DNA from: the human T2T-CHM13v2.0 reference genome, Homo sapiens
DNA: 64,000 nucleotides
NCBI RefSeq assembly: GCF_009914755.1
Contig: NC_060936.1
Reading direction: 5' to 3' (one strand)
Of the stretch, positions 1-14,750 are shown in pieces; position 1 is the first letter of the stretch; every line of letters begins with the position of its first letter. The notes below the pieces were generated by a model. That model had not been told where the DNA came from. It made no database searches and was given only the letters and a program-made list of their open reading frames with translations. The position numbers and the translations under genes were made by a program.

Positions 1-812
1 ACCCAAGATTTTTTTATTTAAAATTGAGCATTTTTAACTTGCTTTTTAGGTCAGAGGATCAATGTCCTCTGTGGTATTCCTCCTCCATCTAAGCTTCTTA
101 AAGCAGTATTATAAATAGAGGCTTTCAACCTAAAAAGTACTGTGTATTTCATTGACTAGAACTGAACTGAACTGTAGGCTAATAAAAAGTACCAAATGAA
201 AATATTATGGTATCTCATTGCACTCCATTGTAGATGTAATGTAGTGTGACCAGCAGTAGCTTTGATTCATTGTAAATCCCATCTGAATACTGACAACAGT
301 TCAAAACATCAGGAGATAAACCTCAAAGGTCACATTTGTGTGAATGGTCATTGTGCATATAAGACATCATTTTATTATTTGAAAACTAGTAGTGTAGCTC
401 TTAAGACAGGGCAGTGTCCTAACCTCTGACAGGGATAGAGGCGAGAGGAGAATCAGTGGGCTGCCAAACAGTCATGTGTTCATAGGTGAGGTTCTGTTTC
501 TTCTTTAGCTGTTACTATTGTTATTATTATTATTATTATTATTTGCATGAATGGTAGCAGTTACTTCACAGGCAAATTTCCTATGAATCCCAGAGTATTG
601 CAACAGATTAGCAGCAAATAAAGACCTGAGATAAAGAAAAAAAAAATGCTTTTATTCAGTTATATTAAAATTAGGACATTTCAATAAAAAACTAAAGCAG
701 CTTATGTTGTTCTGCATGCATAAATTGAAAGAATACTTGAAAATTCTTCAAACTTGATGGTAGACATTATCTTACAGCTTTCTTAAAGGAAGTCAGTTTC
801 TTGGCAGTAGGA

Positions 813-1697
813 CAGAGGTTCCCAACATTACTTGGTTCTAGCACAATCACTAAATTTTTCGTGACTTTTAGACCAAAATAAATACTTAACAGTTCCTAAC
901 AGTTTGTTGTGTTCCAACAGTTTGTAATCATGTCAAAAAATAATAGACATATTAGTAATAATAAATTGAAAGAAAATATTTTAATTTCTTATTACTTACT
1001 CATCAAATGTGTGATTGTTGGGCATGGCACAGTTTTTTAAACCTTGGAATCAGATTGGCCACTGCCAACTTCATTTCTTGTTCCACGCTAATTTCTGTGC
1101 AGAACTGTGCTGTGCTTTTAGTCACAGTGCTGCGGTCTGAATGGTTATGTCCCCCCAAAATTCATGTGTTGAGATTCTGACCCCAAGGTGATCATATTAG
1201 GAGGTGTGGAGCCTTTGGGAGTGATTAGGTCTTGAAGGTGGAGTTCTTATGAATGGGATTCGTGTCCTTGTAGGAGAGACCCCAGAGAACTCATTTGCCC
1301 CTTCCACTGTGTGAGAAAAGCTGTGAGTAGATGCCATCTGTGAACCAGAAAGCGGACTGTCACCAGATACTGAATCTTACAGCACTTTGATTTTAGGCTT
1401 TCCAGCCTCTGGAACTGTGAGAAGTAATTTTTTGTTGTTTATAAGCTACCTAGTTTATGATATTTTGTTACAGCGGCTTGAATAGACTAAGATACACCGC
1501 AACCATCAAAAACTCAATTTCGAAGAGATGGAATATCATGAACAATAATTTTGCATGATGTCGTATTGAACTGTGAAATACCACAAGCTAGTAATTTGCA
1601 CACTGTCTGACAGCACTGTGTTTCTCAAAATTTAAAATGCTCTGCAGTACCCCTGTGAGTTCCCTGGGGTGCTGCAGTGCACAATTTGGGAACTGTG
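813..1697 (-). mobile_element. hAT-Charlie DNA transposon fossil (Charlie4a-like), split by an MLT1A LTR
   Basis: Terminal inverted ends cagaggttcccaa (813) and tttgggaactgtg (to 1697); internal segments such as accttggaatcagattggccactgcca match recalled Charlie4a. Confidence 0.75.
1128..1494 (+). mobile_element. MLT1A0-like ERVL-MaLR solo LTR
   Basis: Starts tgctgcggtctgaatg..tccccccaaaattcat and ends gactaagata; 5-bp TSD cacag/caccg. Confidence 0.9.
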
Positions 1698-2079
1698 GTA
1701 GTATTGTAGATAGTAAGATTATCTAATAATAAGTATTGATGACATCTTAGTTTAGGAATAATTATTAGTATGTCAGACTATAGGGGAAGTGAGTAAATCA
1801 TATACTAGGTTGTTATCAGAATGATTATGAATTTCTTCACCCACCTGTGGAGAGACAGCATGGCCTATTTTTTTACTCTGACCCCAATAAGAAAAGTATT
1901 CTGTACCTTCCCCCTTCTCTCTCCCTTTTTGTCTCTTCGTTATCTCTCACTCTTGCTCTAACAGACACACACATAGTGAAATAAGTATTTAACAAAACAG
2001 TATTCTCATTATGTGCACTCTGACTTTTTTTTTTTTTTTTTTTAATGTCTCCTTAAGACCTACTGAACTGACGGAAACT

Positions 2080-2515
2080 AGTTAAGGTCACAGACTCGAG
2101 AGACTGACGACTTTAAAATGGCCTTCACCATTTCCTGTCTGTGTGACTGTAAGCAAGTTATGTAACCTCTCAGTTACTCAGTTTCCTCGTCTATAGAGTG
2201 GTAATTTGTAATAGTACCTAGTGCTGAGGGGATTTGTTTTCTTTTGTTTTGTTTTGTTTTGTTTTGTTTTGTTTTGAGACAGAGTCTCGTGCTGTCGCCC
2301 AGGCTGGAATGCAATGGTGCGATCTTGGCTCGCTGCAAGCTCTGCCTCCCGGGTTCACGCCATTCTCCTGCCTCAGACTCCTGAGTAGCTGGGACTACAG
2401 GCACCCGCCACCATGCCTGGCTAATTTTTTGTATTTTTAATAGAGAAGGGGTTTCACCGTGTTAGTGCTGAGGGGATTTTAAGGAAGTTAATACATGTAA
2501 AACACTTTAAACAGT
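2080..2515 (+). mobile_element. MIR, interrupted by an Alu
   Basis: Core tgtgtgactgtaagcaagttatgtaacctctc..ctcagtttcctcgtctata; resumes after the Alu as ttaatacatgtaaaacact. Confidence 0.7.
2236..2462 (-). mobile_element. 5'-truncated AluY with (TTTTG)n tail
   Basis: AluY diagnostics gcaagctc and ttcacgccattc; 17-bp TSD tagtgctgaggggattt at 2219-2235 and 2463-2479. Confidence 0.95.
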
Positions 2516-2519
2516 TCTT

Positions 2520-2820
2520 TTTTATTTTATTTTATTTTATTTTATTTTATTTTGAGGAACAGTTTTGCTCTAATCTCCCAGACTGGAGTGCAATGGGACG
2601 ATCTCGGCTCACTGCAACCTCTGCCTCTTCCTCAGCCTCCCAAGTAGCTGGGAATACAGGTGCGCGCCAACAGGCCCATCTAATTTTTTTGTATTTTTAG
2701 TAGAGATGGTGTTTTACCATGTTGGCCAGGCTCGTCTCGAACTCCTGACCTCAGGTGATCTGCCTGCCTTGGCCTCCCAAAGTGCTGGAATTACAGGCAG
2801 GAGCCACACCGCGCCTGGCC
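2520..2820 (-). mobile_element. AluS with (TTTTA)n tail and ~20-bp internal deletion
   Basis: Alu consensus match; TSD tttaaacagttctt at 2506-2519 and 2822-2835. Confidence 0.95.
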
Positions 2821-3675
2821 ATTTAAACAGTTCTTGATCAGTAATTACTGCTTTATTACTAGAATCTCAATGAATAATCAGAGGCTAAAACATTTGGGAA
2901 ATTAGGGAGATGCAGTAGTTCTGTGCTCTAAAGGGTACTGCATACAGTCAAAAGGCTTTTCTGAATTTCTGCTCTTGGGCAGATAGATTGTGTATCCCTT
3001 GCCAAAGATTTTCCGTATTTATCCTCTTGAATCTGGATCCAGTTGAGTAGTAAACGGGAGTCAAAATAAGGGAGATGAAAATACTATCGTCATTACTGAC
3101 AAAGCTGATTAGAGAACATGACTTTATATTTGCAGCCAAGTAGCTTCACTAGTATATCACTCCTGCCACCAGCACAGCTGCATAACTGCAGGCTTCTTAC
3201 TGCGTGGCAGAGAGTAGAACAGGATGGACCTTCTGCATAAGCAGCCAGGTCTGAAGAGGGGAGAGCAGAAGGGGCTGAACTGAGTGTGTTCACCTCTTTC
3301 TTCAAAATCTGCCAATGATATAACTCACAAGGGAGGGAGACAAGAAACATAGGCACAGAAATGTGAAGAATGAGAATATCACCTTAACAAAGGAAACATT
3401 TTATAAGGATACAGGAGGTCCATAATCAAGTTCATGTTTTGTAACTTTTAGTAGTTAGGTATCCTTTCTGGCACAAACTTTAAAAACAGATACACCAGGG
3501 TTTGAATTCTGCCTGTGTCACTTAATTGCACTGGCTTAGGCATCCTAGAATTTCTAAGAGCCGTAAAACAGACAAAACTACTTGGCAAGAAAAATTGACC
3601 ACTGACTTCTCTCCCCTGTTCTGTTGATACAACATTAAATTTATCAATGTTTGTTTTTGTCAAACTTCAGTAGTG

Positions 3676-3735
3676 TTAGAGGTATGAGATCAGCCTTAGT
3701 TGATTAGAGGTATGAGATCAGCCTTAGTTGATTAG
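3676..3735. repeat. Perfect 28-bp tandem duplication
   Basis: ttagaggtatgagatcagccttagttga x2 plus ttag. Confidence 0.95.
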
Positions 3736-4687
3736 TAAAAAGGATTTTATATGCCTAAGATAGCAAGAGAGATATGCCTTTGATCTTTCTTATTTATAGG
3801 AAAATAATTTATTAACCTAATTTTTATTGTCACTTCTAACCTAAATACATAGTTGTCCTATTAATGGGGACCTTTTTTTCCCGTGAGCATCTGAAACAGT
3901 CTTTTTTTTCTATGTATGTGAAGTGGTAATAGTTTTTCTCGTGTATCAGGCAACTACCAACTTATTTTAGACCAGAAATTCTTGGAAATGGTACCGATCC
4001 AGTTGGCATAAAATGTGCAAGCACTATTCTATTGATTCCTCAAAAAGATGCAATTGCTTTACTCATAGAGTTATCAGTTATTTTTCTGGCTATTTCACTT
4101 GAAGTAGCCATGCTTTGTCTTTTTTTCTATGGAGATACGTGGCCAAAACTAAGTCTTTTCACCAGCTGGATGATAGGAAATTTGATAAAATTTGAGCAGT
4201 ATAAAAACTTTCCCATTGACTTTATATGATTGAATTTCCACTATGTAAAATTAAACTAATTATTTCTTATGCTACCCAATATATAGTTTATTATTTGAAA
4301 ACTATGTCCCCATTTTTCCTCAAGAACATGATTTTGTCTTTTGCATCTCAGTGCAGGGGTTGGACAGCATAATTTCTTCTCCTAGAAACACATTTTCTGC
4401 TGCTTGTAGCTACTATTTCTATTTTTTCATCAACAGCTACAGGAGTAAGTGGAGTTCCTGACATCTCTGTGTAATCAGTGGTATGATCACATACCCCATA
4501 TTGACTTTTTCTTTTGAAGTTTATGCTGCTGTCTCTTCAGTACCTTGAGCTTGACCTCTAGCTTTAAGCAGTAAAGGTATCAAAGAAAATCAGTTGCCAG
4601 AGTCAGTCTGTTTGCTTGTGTCCTCCTAACCCACTGATGGCACCTCTGACTCCTTGACATTGTATTATTTGTTTCTCAGAGAAGTAA

Positions 4688-4968
<281 letters not shown>

Positions 4969-5304
4969 AAAGCAGTTTTTTTTACATATAGACATTTAAT
5001 ATATTGACTTTGGTTGATTCTTACCTCACTTCCAAGATAATTGTTTCTGTTAAATTACATGTATTTTTAGGCTTGAGTCATCCACTATATTTATGAGTTG
5101 GTCATTTCTTTCATGAGTTGAGCTTGTTTTTAAAAGTTCTACTTTTAAAGTCCCCTTCTGTCTCTCCTGCAGCCACTTTCACTGTAACATTTATCATGTT
5201 ATTCCTGGCAGCCAGTCTTCTTAACTCTCCATCATTACTTTTGGCAGGTTACAGCAGTATCACTTAGGGTTCTCTTAGTTCATTTTTAATGAACATCCAA
5301 AAGA

Positions 5305-5750
5305 TGCTCCTATTGCAATAAAACCATAAGAAAAGATTAATAGAATAAGGGTTTATTCTATTAATAGGCAATTTGGGGCTGCTACAGTGGCTCCATGATA
5401 CCAATGGTTCTGGGCTCTTTCTTTTCCGCTATCCTTAGTATATGGCCTTCTTCCTCCTGCTTGCAAAATGGTGGCATACAGAAGCCTTTCCTACATATTC
5501 CAGAATATGAAGAAAGACAAGGGGGAAAAGGGACGTGCCAACTGGTTAAACAACAATCACCATATCAAAGACCCACCCACTAGATTTCTTCTTCTTACTG
5601 GCCAGAACTTTGTAGCGTGCCCACCCTCTATACACAACAGGCTGCAAAGGAGGCTGGAATATCACGTTTTAGTTGGGCAGTGACTATCCAGTGCAAAATC
5701 CAGATTCCGTTAGTAAAGGATGTTGATGGAGTGGATGGATATTAAACAGA
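5305..5750 (-). mobile_element. Old MLT1 (J/K/L-like) MaLR LTR
   Basis: Motifs tggccagaact, gctgcaaaggaggctggaa, gttagtaaagga, ggatggatatt resemble old MLT1 LTRs. Confidence 0.55.
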
Positions 5751-6012
5751 GATTCAACTTTCCTGTTCAGAAACGTGTTATAACTCCATATATTGCTTTA
5801 ATTCTATCTATCCTAGATAGACTTACAAGGCTAGAATAAGACCTTTAGAGGCACTAACCAACCACCAAAAAGAGGCTAATCACCTCCCATATGTAAATCA
5901 AATTGTACAAAAAATTGAAAAAAATACATGTAAAGACCGAAAACATTTTGATTTATCCTATGACGTTTCAGTATTTTTCTGGAAGTATTAAATATTCTAA
6001 AATTTTTTTTTT

Positions 6013-6325
<313 letters not shown>

Positions 6326-6554
6326 AAGTGTGTGGTAGTGATAATGGGCTGGAGGGTATGGTGAGTCTATGTTGCTGACATGCTAACCCACATCCTGTCT
6401 ACTTCATCAGTATTTCCTATTGTATTAGAAAGATGAGAAGGTTCCTTAAATTTTTAACTCCATAGAGGTGATTCATTTACTATAAAGCCTTAAGAAAAAT
6501 ACTTACCCTATCTGGGCCTCTGTTTCTCCATCCATGAAATGAGAACATTGATCA

Positions 6555-6890
6555 TAATAGAAAAGTAGGCAAAGAATATAATCAAGCAATTCACAAAACT
6601 ATACACGCAGATGACTAATAAAATTATAAGAAAATATTAAGCCTCACTTATGACAAAAGAAGATTAAATTTAAATAAAAAGTTCCTTTCTAAAAATGTAA
6701 CATAGTAGCAGAGATGTAATACCCAGTGGCAATAAGAATATAAAGAAACAAGTATTTGAGTGTAAAGATAGTCTGAAGTAGTAAACGAGGGCAACTAGGT
6801 GTATTTATCAAAGGTTTTAAAAAATGCGCAAAAACTTTTGACCCTGCAATTCTACTTTGAGGAACTTTCCTACCTGAATTTTTGACAAGC
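6555..6890 (+). mobile_element. Ancient L1M fragment (ORF2 3' region)
   Basis: aatagaaaagtaggcaaagaatataatcaagcaattcacaaaa and tttgaccctgcaattctacttt are L1M-type motifs. Confidence 0.6.
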
Positions 6891-7338
6891 ACACAATGAT
6901 TGACCCTGGTAAATTGACATAAGGTATTTTTAACTCCAGCCAGTTTTTTTCTTTACTGTAGTAATTTGTGTGAAGCTTTCTAAGAAGTAAATATGTAATT
7001 TACTGTCAAAGCTTTTTTCTTTTAGAAAATCTAAGCCATGAACATTTAATATGTTTTCGTTTTACCTTATATTAGGAAGATAATGGCAATCTTTTAAAAA
7101 TAAAAATTATTTCTTTGTTCATATCTTAATTTTTGTTTCAATCTGTCTGTCCATTTTGGTCTTGTCTATTTTACCTCTGGGCTCTATCTTTACTACAACC
7201 AGTCTTCCTAACTCTTCTCCCAACTTTCAGAAGTAGTTTTCTAACTATGTCAATGAAGTATTTCCAAATGAAACTTGCCAAATGGTCTAATGCCATAAAG
7301 ACTTCTGCTTCTGTCTTCATTGGATTTTAGTCAGTAAA

Positions 7339-7626
7339 TTTTCTTTCTTTTTTATTTATTTGTTTATTTATTTATTGAGAATGGAGTCTCACTCTCTCTG
7401 CTCACTGCAACCTCTGCCTCCCGGGTTCAAGCAATTTTCCTTCCTCAGCCTGCCAAGTAGCTGGGACTACAGGTGTGCACCACCACATTTGGCTAATTGT
7501 ATTTTTAGTACAGGTGGGATTTCACCATGTTGTCCAGGCTGATCTTGAACTCCTGACGTCAGGTGATCCACCCACCTCGGCCTTCCAAAGTGCTGGGATT
7601 ATAGAAGTGAGCCACTGCGCCCAGCC
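7339..7626 (-). mobile_element. AluS with ~30-bp internal deletion
   Basis: Alu consensus; the cccaggctggagtgcagtgg block is missing. Confidence 0.95.
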
Positions 7627-7647
7627 CATATTCAGAAGTTTTCTACA

Positions 7648-7932
<285 letters not shown>

Positions 7933-8021
7933 TACAGGATTTTAAAACATGAAGTTGTGCCTCTTCCCAAATTTATTCTCAGACTTATTTTTTTACTAGT
8001 TTTATTTCTGAATGGCACATT

Positions 8022-8061
8022 AGAGAGAGAGAAAGCCAGAGAGAGAGAGAGCGAGAGAGAG
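8022..8061. repeat. Imperfect (GA)n microsatellite
   Basis: Seen directly. Confidence 0.85.
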
Positions 8062-8207
8062 GAAAGAAGAGACAAGGTGGGACCGATGGTATAATTGAGT
8101 TCATAGAAAGACAGTGAAGTGAATCATGGGTGTTTCATCACTTTACAAAACTGATAACAATAATATCATTTCTAGAAACGTGAATTTACAGTATGAAATG
8201 GTAAACA

Positions 8208-8495
8208 TTTTTTTTTTTTGAGACGGAGTCTCACTCTGTCGCCCAGGCTGGAGTGCAGTGGTGCAGCCTTGGCTCACTGCAAGCTCCACCTCCAGTGAGC
8301 CATTCCCCTGCCTCAGCCTCCCCCAGCAGCTGGGACTACAGGTGCATGCCATCACGCCCGACTAATTTTTTGTATTTTTAGTAGAAATGGGGTTTCACCG
8401 TGTTAGGCAGATGGTCTTGATCTCCTGACCTCGTGATCCACCCGCCTCGGCCTCCCAAAGTGCTGGGATTACTGGCTTGAGCCACCGCGCCCGGC
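8208..8495 (-). mobile_element. AluY/Sc-type
   Basis: gacctcgtgatcc and caccgtgttag diagnostics; TSD tggtaaacat. Confidence 0.95.
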
Positions 8496-8896
8496 TGGTA
8501 AACATCTTTTTATAGCTAATGGGCACTTTTAGGCTAACTGAGCAGTGAACACTATTAAATATATGAGAAGCTTTTTAAACCACCTTCCACTTAATTCATA
8601 ACTACTTGTCAGGTTGAGACTTTCTTTTCTCTGTTAACCATGCCAATTTTTGCTCAGAGCATGCTGAAAAAGCTACTAGATTACTGTCACATATACCAGG
8701 CATGGCTCTGTTAACCTGTTTAGTTGTATTATTGCTGAAAAGTTATTTATTCCAGCTATTCTTGATATTTTAATTATATATTTTTATTATTATAAGAAAC
8801 CAATGACATACTCATATGAAAAAATATCTCTGTGAAATAAAGCAAAATGTTTTGGAAAAGGGATGCAGGTAAGTCATTTCAAAATTGCTGTTGTTA

Positions 8897-9887
<991 letters not shown>

Positions 9888-12239
9888 TTGCTGCTGTTGA
9901 ATTAGGTTAACAGTTACTGAATATTGGGAGACTTTTTGAAACCTCACAGTTTGAAATTGGCATTGTATTTCAAATGTCTGCATACTGACTAGCCCCACTT
10001 TCACACAACCAGAGCTGAAAAGGATGTGAAAAAGACAATACTGAACCTAAGTCATCAGATTATATGGTGATCTTTGGATCTCGTCTAAATGAAAAACCAG
10101 CAAAGCAGCTTCAAAGCAGCAAAACACTCTCTATATACTTTCTTTATTCTTTAAGAAATATTTTAGTTAATCACCTAGCAGACTTGAGTGTCACATAAAG
10201 GGGCTTCTTCTATAGTTTCTCATAAATAATTTGCTGATTCTGGGAACTCTAAAAGGTAAATATTTTATGTAGCATGTGTATATTGTAAATTATTTATAAA
10301 AATGTTTTAAAAGACCTAATCCTGAAATAGTAAATAACTAAAAATTTACAAATACTATTCTCAAATAGTAAATAAGTATATATGAGCTTTCAAGTTAGAA
10401 CTAAAATTTCCATGATGTGATATCTATTTTAAGATTTGTTTATCAAGGAATATTGTAATTTGGGAGGATTTTTTAAAAGCAGATTTTATTTTTTCTGCCC
10501 TTCACAAAAACTAAATCTGAGCCTTGGGAAATCAGGGCAGCTGCATCATGATGTGACTTGCCTGGGGTTTGGTATTTTGCTGAGATACCTGCCAGTTGGA
10601 ATTAGAACCCTATGGGTATAACTAGGGTAGACTTAATTATTGGCTTACTGTATTTAAATCAAAATGAAAAGCTCATACAAAATTTTGTACCCGTACTCTG
10701 AAAAAATGTGGAACTGTTTTTGGACTAAAATTTTATAGCTTTTGTGGCTAATGAGGCATGAAATAAATTGGCAAGCTCAAACTGTTCGGAGTACAGTGGT
10801 ACAGTGTGCATTTTCTAATTCCCAGCCCTTGGGATTCCAGCAAAGGTCACAAATTAAACAAAGTCAGGATTAATCAAGACTATAATCAAATAAAACTCAA
10901 TCATTAATCCTCTTCTGACTTACAATAGAGTGATTGTGTAATTGTGTGAGAAGCACTGGAGAGGGCTCTTTTGTAGTGCGTAGGAAAATCAACATTAAGG
11001 TGTCAGACAGAAAAGTGAAACCCTGCAGGTGAAGCTGTCTCTGGAGCCAAGAGAAACTGGCAATTTATGCAGAGTTGCAAGTGAAGCTTTGGAGCATTGA
11101 AAGGCTGTTGGCACTGAGCTGCAGAGCGTGTGGGTCTCTCGGTGAGGCCTCCACAGAGATCAGTTTACGGGCTGCAGCAGGCCGTTTGCTGAGAAGCTCA
11201 GTGTTTGGGTGCAGCAGCTCCAAGCAACAGTCTCTCCAAGTTAACTGCCAGAAATTTACTGTGTAATTCTCAGCTCTTTGTAATTTTGAAGAAGAGGTTA
11301 TGGAAAAGCATTTCCTCTGTGGGAGTAATTATGTGTCAGAAAATGCCATTCCTCAATAAAGGGGGAAGGTTCACAAAGCACAGAACTTTGTCCTATTTAT
11401 TCCATGTTCCTGACTTCTGAACTGATGCTTGCTTTCTGCTATTTTATGTTCTATAGTGATACTTTCTTCATTTTTCATCCCTTCATCTCAAGTCAGCGTC
11501 AGTTTTATTGCTTTAAAAGTCAACAGTGATACTATCCAGTTCTGCTAAGAGTGAAACTTTAAGAATAAAATTTGATTTTAATTCATCCCTTATTATATGT
11601 GAGTATATTTTTTATATTCGCTTTAAGGATAGTATTTACCTCTGTTTGTTAGCTTTCTGCTTTCCTTCGTATACCAAATAGAAAAATTCTCATTCACTCA
11701 CCCCCAAAGCATGTGCCTGTTATCACATGATTCAGTTTGAGTTTCTATATTACACAATTTCTGTTTCTTACATTGCTTTTTCCTATTTATGTACTAAGCT
11801 CTCTGTATATGCAGGATACTGTTAGGTATGATATGAGATATTTATTATTTTCTTTCAAGTAAATAAACAACCATTATCCATGCATAGCTGGTCAGTCCCA
11901 TAAATTTTAGTACTAAAATATCACTTGGATTATTTTATTAGCAAGACTTTATTGTAATGATGTATTTCAGATTTTGTCTTTCCATTTAGGCTCATATATG
12001 TTACATTTTGGTATCATTATTGAAACAAATTCATGAATTGAGTTCATCATTAGAAAATGAAAGCCTCAGAATTTTGGTAATTGTTTTGGACCATCACAAA
12101 AATGTGCTTGGCATATTTAAATTCTGTATTTTTTTCCCTTACCTGTAATAACTTTTCAAAGTACCTAAAGCTATGATAGAAATGGAATAGCATATAGAAT
12201 ACTTGTGTGTGTGTTTGTATGCAGGGGGGCGGCTTCTTA

Positions 12240-13310
<1,071 letters not shown>

Positions 13311-13469
13311 TCTAGTTGATAGTGTTAAATGGAAAAGGAAGATGTAAAACAGTATGCTACCATTTGTTTACAAGGGGAAGGGTATAAGAATATCCATGTG
13401 CAGGCACACATGGTAACATGGCGAGTGCGGGGGAAAATGAGGTTTCAAGTTAGAACTAAAATTAAGGGT

Positions 13470-13632
13470 ACACTGTGACTTAGGTCACAACAGGACATAA
13501 ACATTTAATTTACTCTGAGCCTCAGTTTCCACATGTATGTAAATGAAGCTAGTAAATGCCTGTTTGATAGTATTATGAGAATTAAATGCAAAATTGTATG
13601 TGAAATTATGTGACACTGTGGCCAGCATATGA
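13470..13632 (+). mobile_element. MIR, followed by a short (TG)n at 13636-13652
   Basis: ctctgagcctcagtttccacatgtatgtaaatg..tatgagaattaaatg. Confidence 0.75.
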
Positions 13633-14449
13633 TACGTGTGTGTGTGTGTGTGTATATTTTGCTCTATATTGTGCCATATGTGGCACAGATATTTCTTGTA
13701 AAGGTAGCAATTGCCTGTTGTATTCATACAATGCGGAGCCTACTTGTCAATGATGCTTTTATTTAATCAATTATACATAGAGTTGTCAGCATGGAAAATG
13801 CAGCTTCTGTTTTGAATTATGTTTTACTTCTGAGTATAATTTAAAGGCAAAATGGCTTCACTCCTAGAAACTCGAGACCTCTAAAGCTTGTTCTCTTCCT
13901 GATGAATGTTCTCTTTGGGCACTTCAAATAGAGTATCTTACTCATGGCTTTAGGTGATATACTGGGAAAGCATGCAGTTGCTTTAGAAGCCTTTATAAAT
14001 AATACTTGAGTGTTCAATATAAAACCAATGTTTGGCTTTCGTAACCATTTCCTACATCTCTTCTATAAGTTTATTGAATTCACAGTACACATCTACACTG
14101 TGAGAAGCATTTATCTCCTTTTGTGCTAATAAAATTAAGCAAAAGACAAAGTTACTCCCAAGTTCATAGCATATTCCTTGAAAGGAATGATTATAAGAAC
14201 AAACGGGGATCAATGCATTACATCTTTAGAATACAGGAAGGAGTTTTTACTACTTCATTTTAAAAATAAGGAAATAGAGATGAAAAGCTTTCCATCTTTC
14301 CATACCACGTTCGGCAGTGGTAATATGTTTTATACCCACTAATCAAGGCATCCTCTGTGTTTTGATGCTTTGATAAGTAGTCATCTGCTTTTAAGTTTGT
14401 GATAGTAGATTGAATAAGTGTCCTCGTGCTCACGCAGGATTATATACTT

Positions 14450-14750
14450 ATTATATACTTAGGCAAATTTGTCTTTTTGAACCAAGTTTTATCACTTAAA
14501 ATGAGCATAATAATAACTAATTCATAAGAATGCTGTAAACATAAAATGAGTATTACTAACTGAGAATGTACAGTAGATAGTAGGCTCTCACTACATGCTG
14601 GTTTTCCTTCTTCCTTTCCATTCTCTTAGGAAAACTGATACTCAGAATGGCTAAGTGATCTGTGCATAGTCAAAAGGCCAATTTAGTGATAGAACTGAGA
14701 CTGGATCCATCACTTTGATTACAGCTAGATTCTTTCCATTATACCAAGCA
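14450..14750. mobile_element. Two MIR fragments in opposite orientation
   Basis: taaaatgagcataataataac (+) and ggaaaactgatactcagaatggctaagtgatctgtgc (-). Confidence 0.55.

Noticed and set aside
30-56. Acceptor-like ttttaacttgctttttag|gtcaga as exon start or recursive splice site (similar at 17159)
   Set aside because: The reconstituted donor is weak and no matching downstream exon is evident
13670-13687. Hairpin tgtgcca-tatg-tggcaca
   Set aside because: A 7-bp stem is expected by chance in 64 kb
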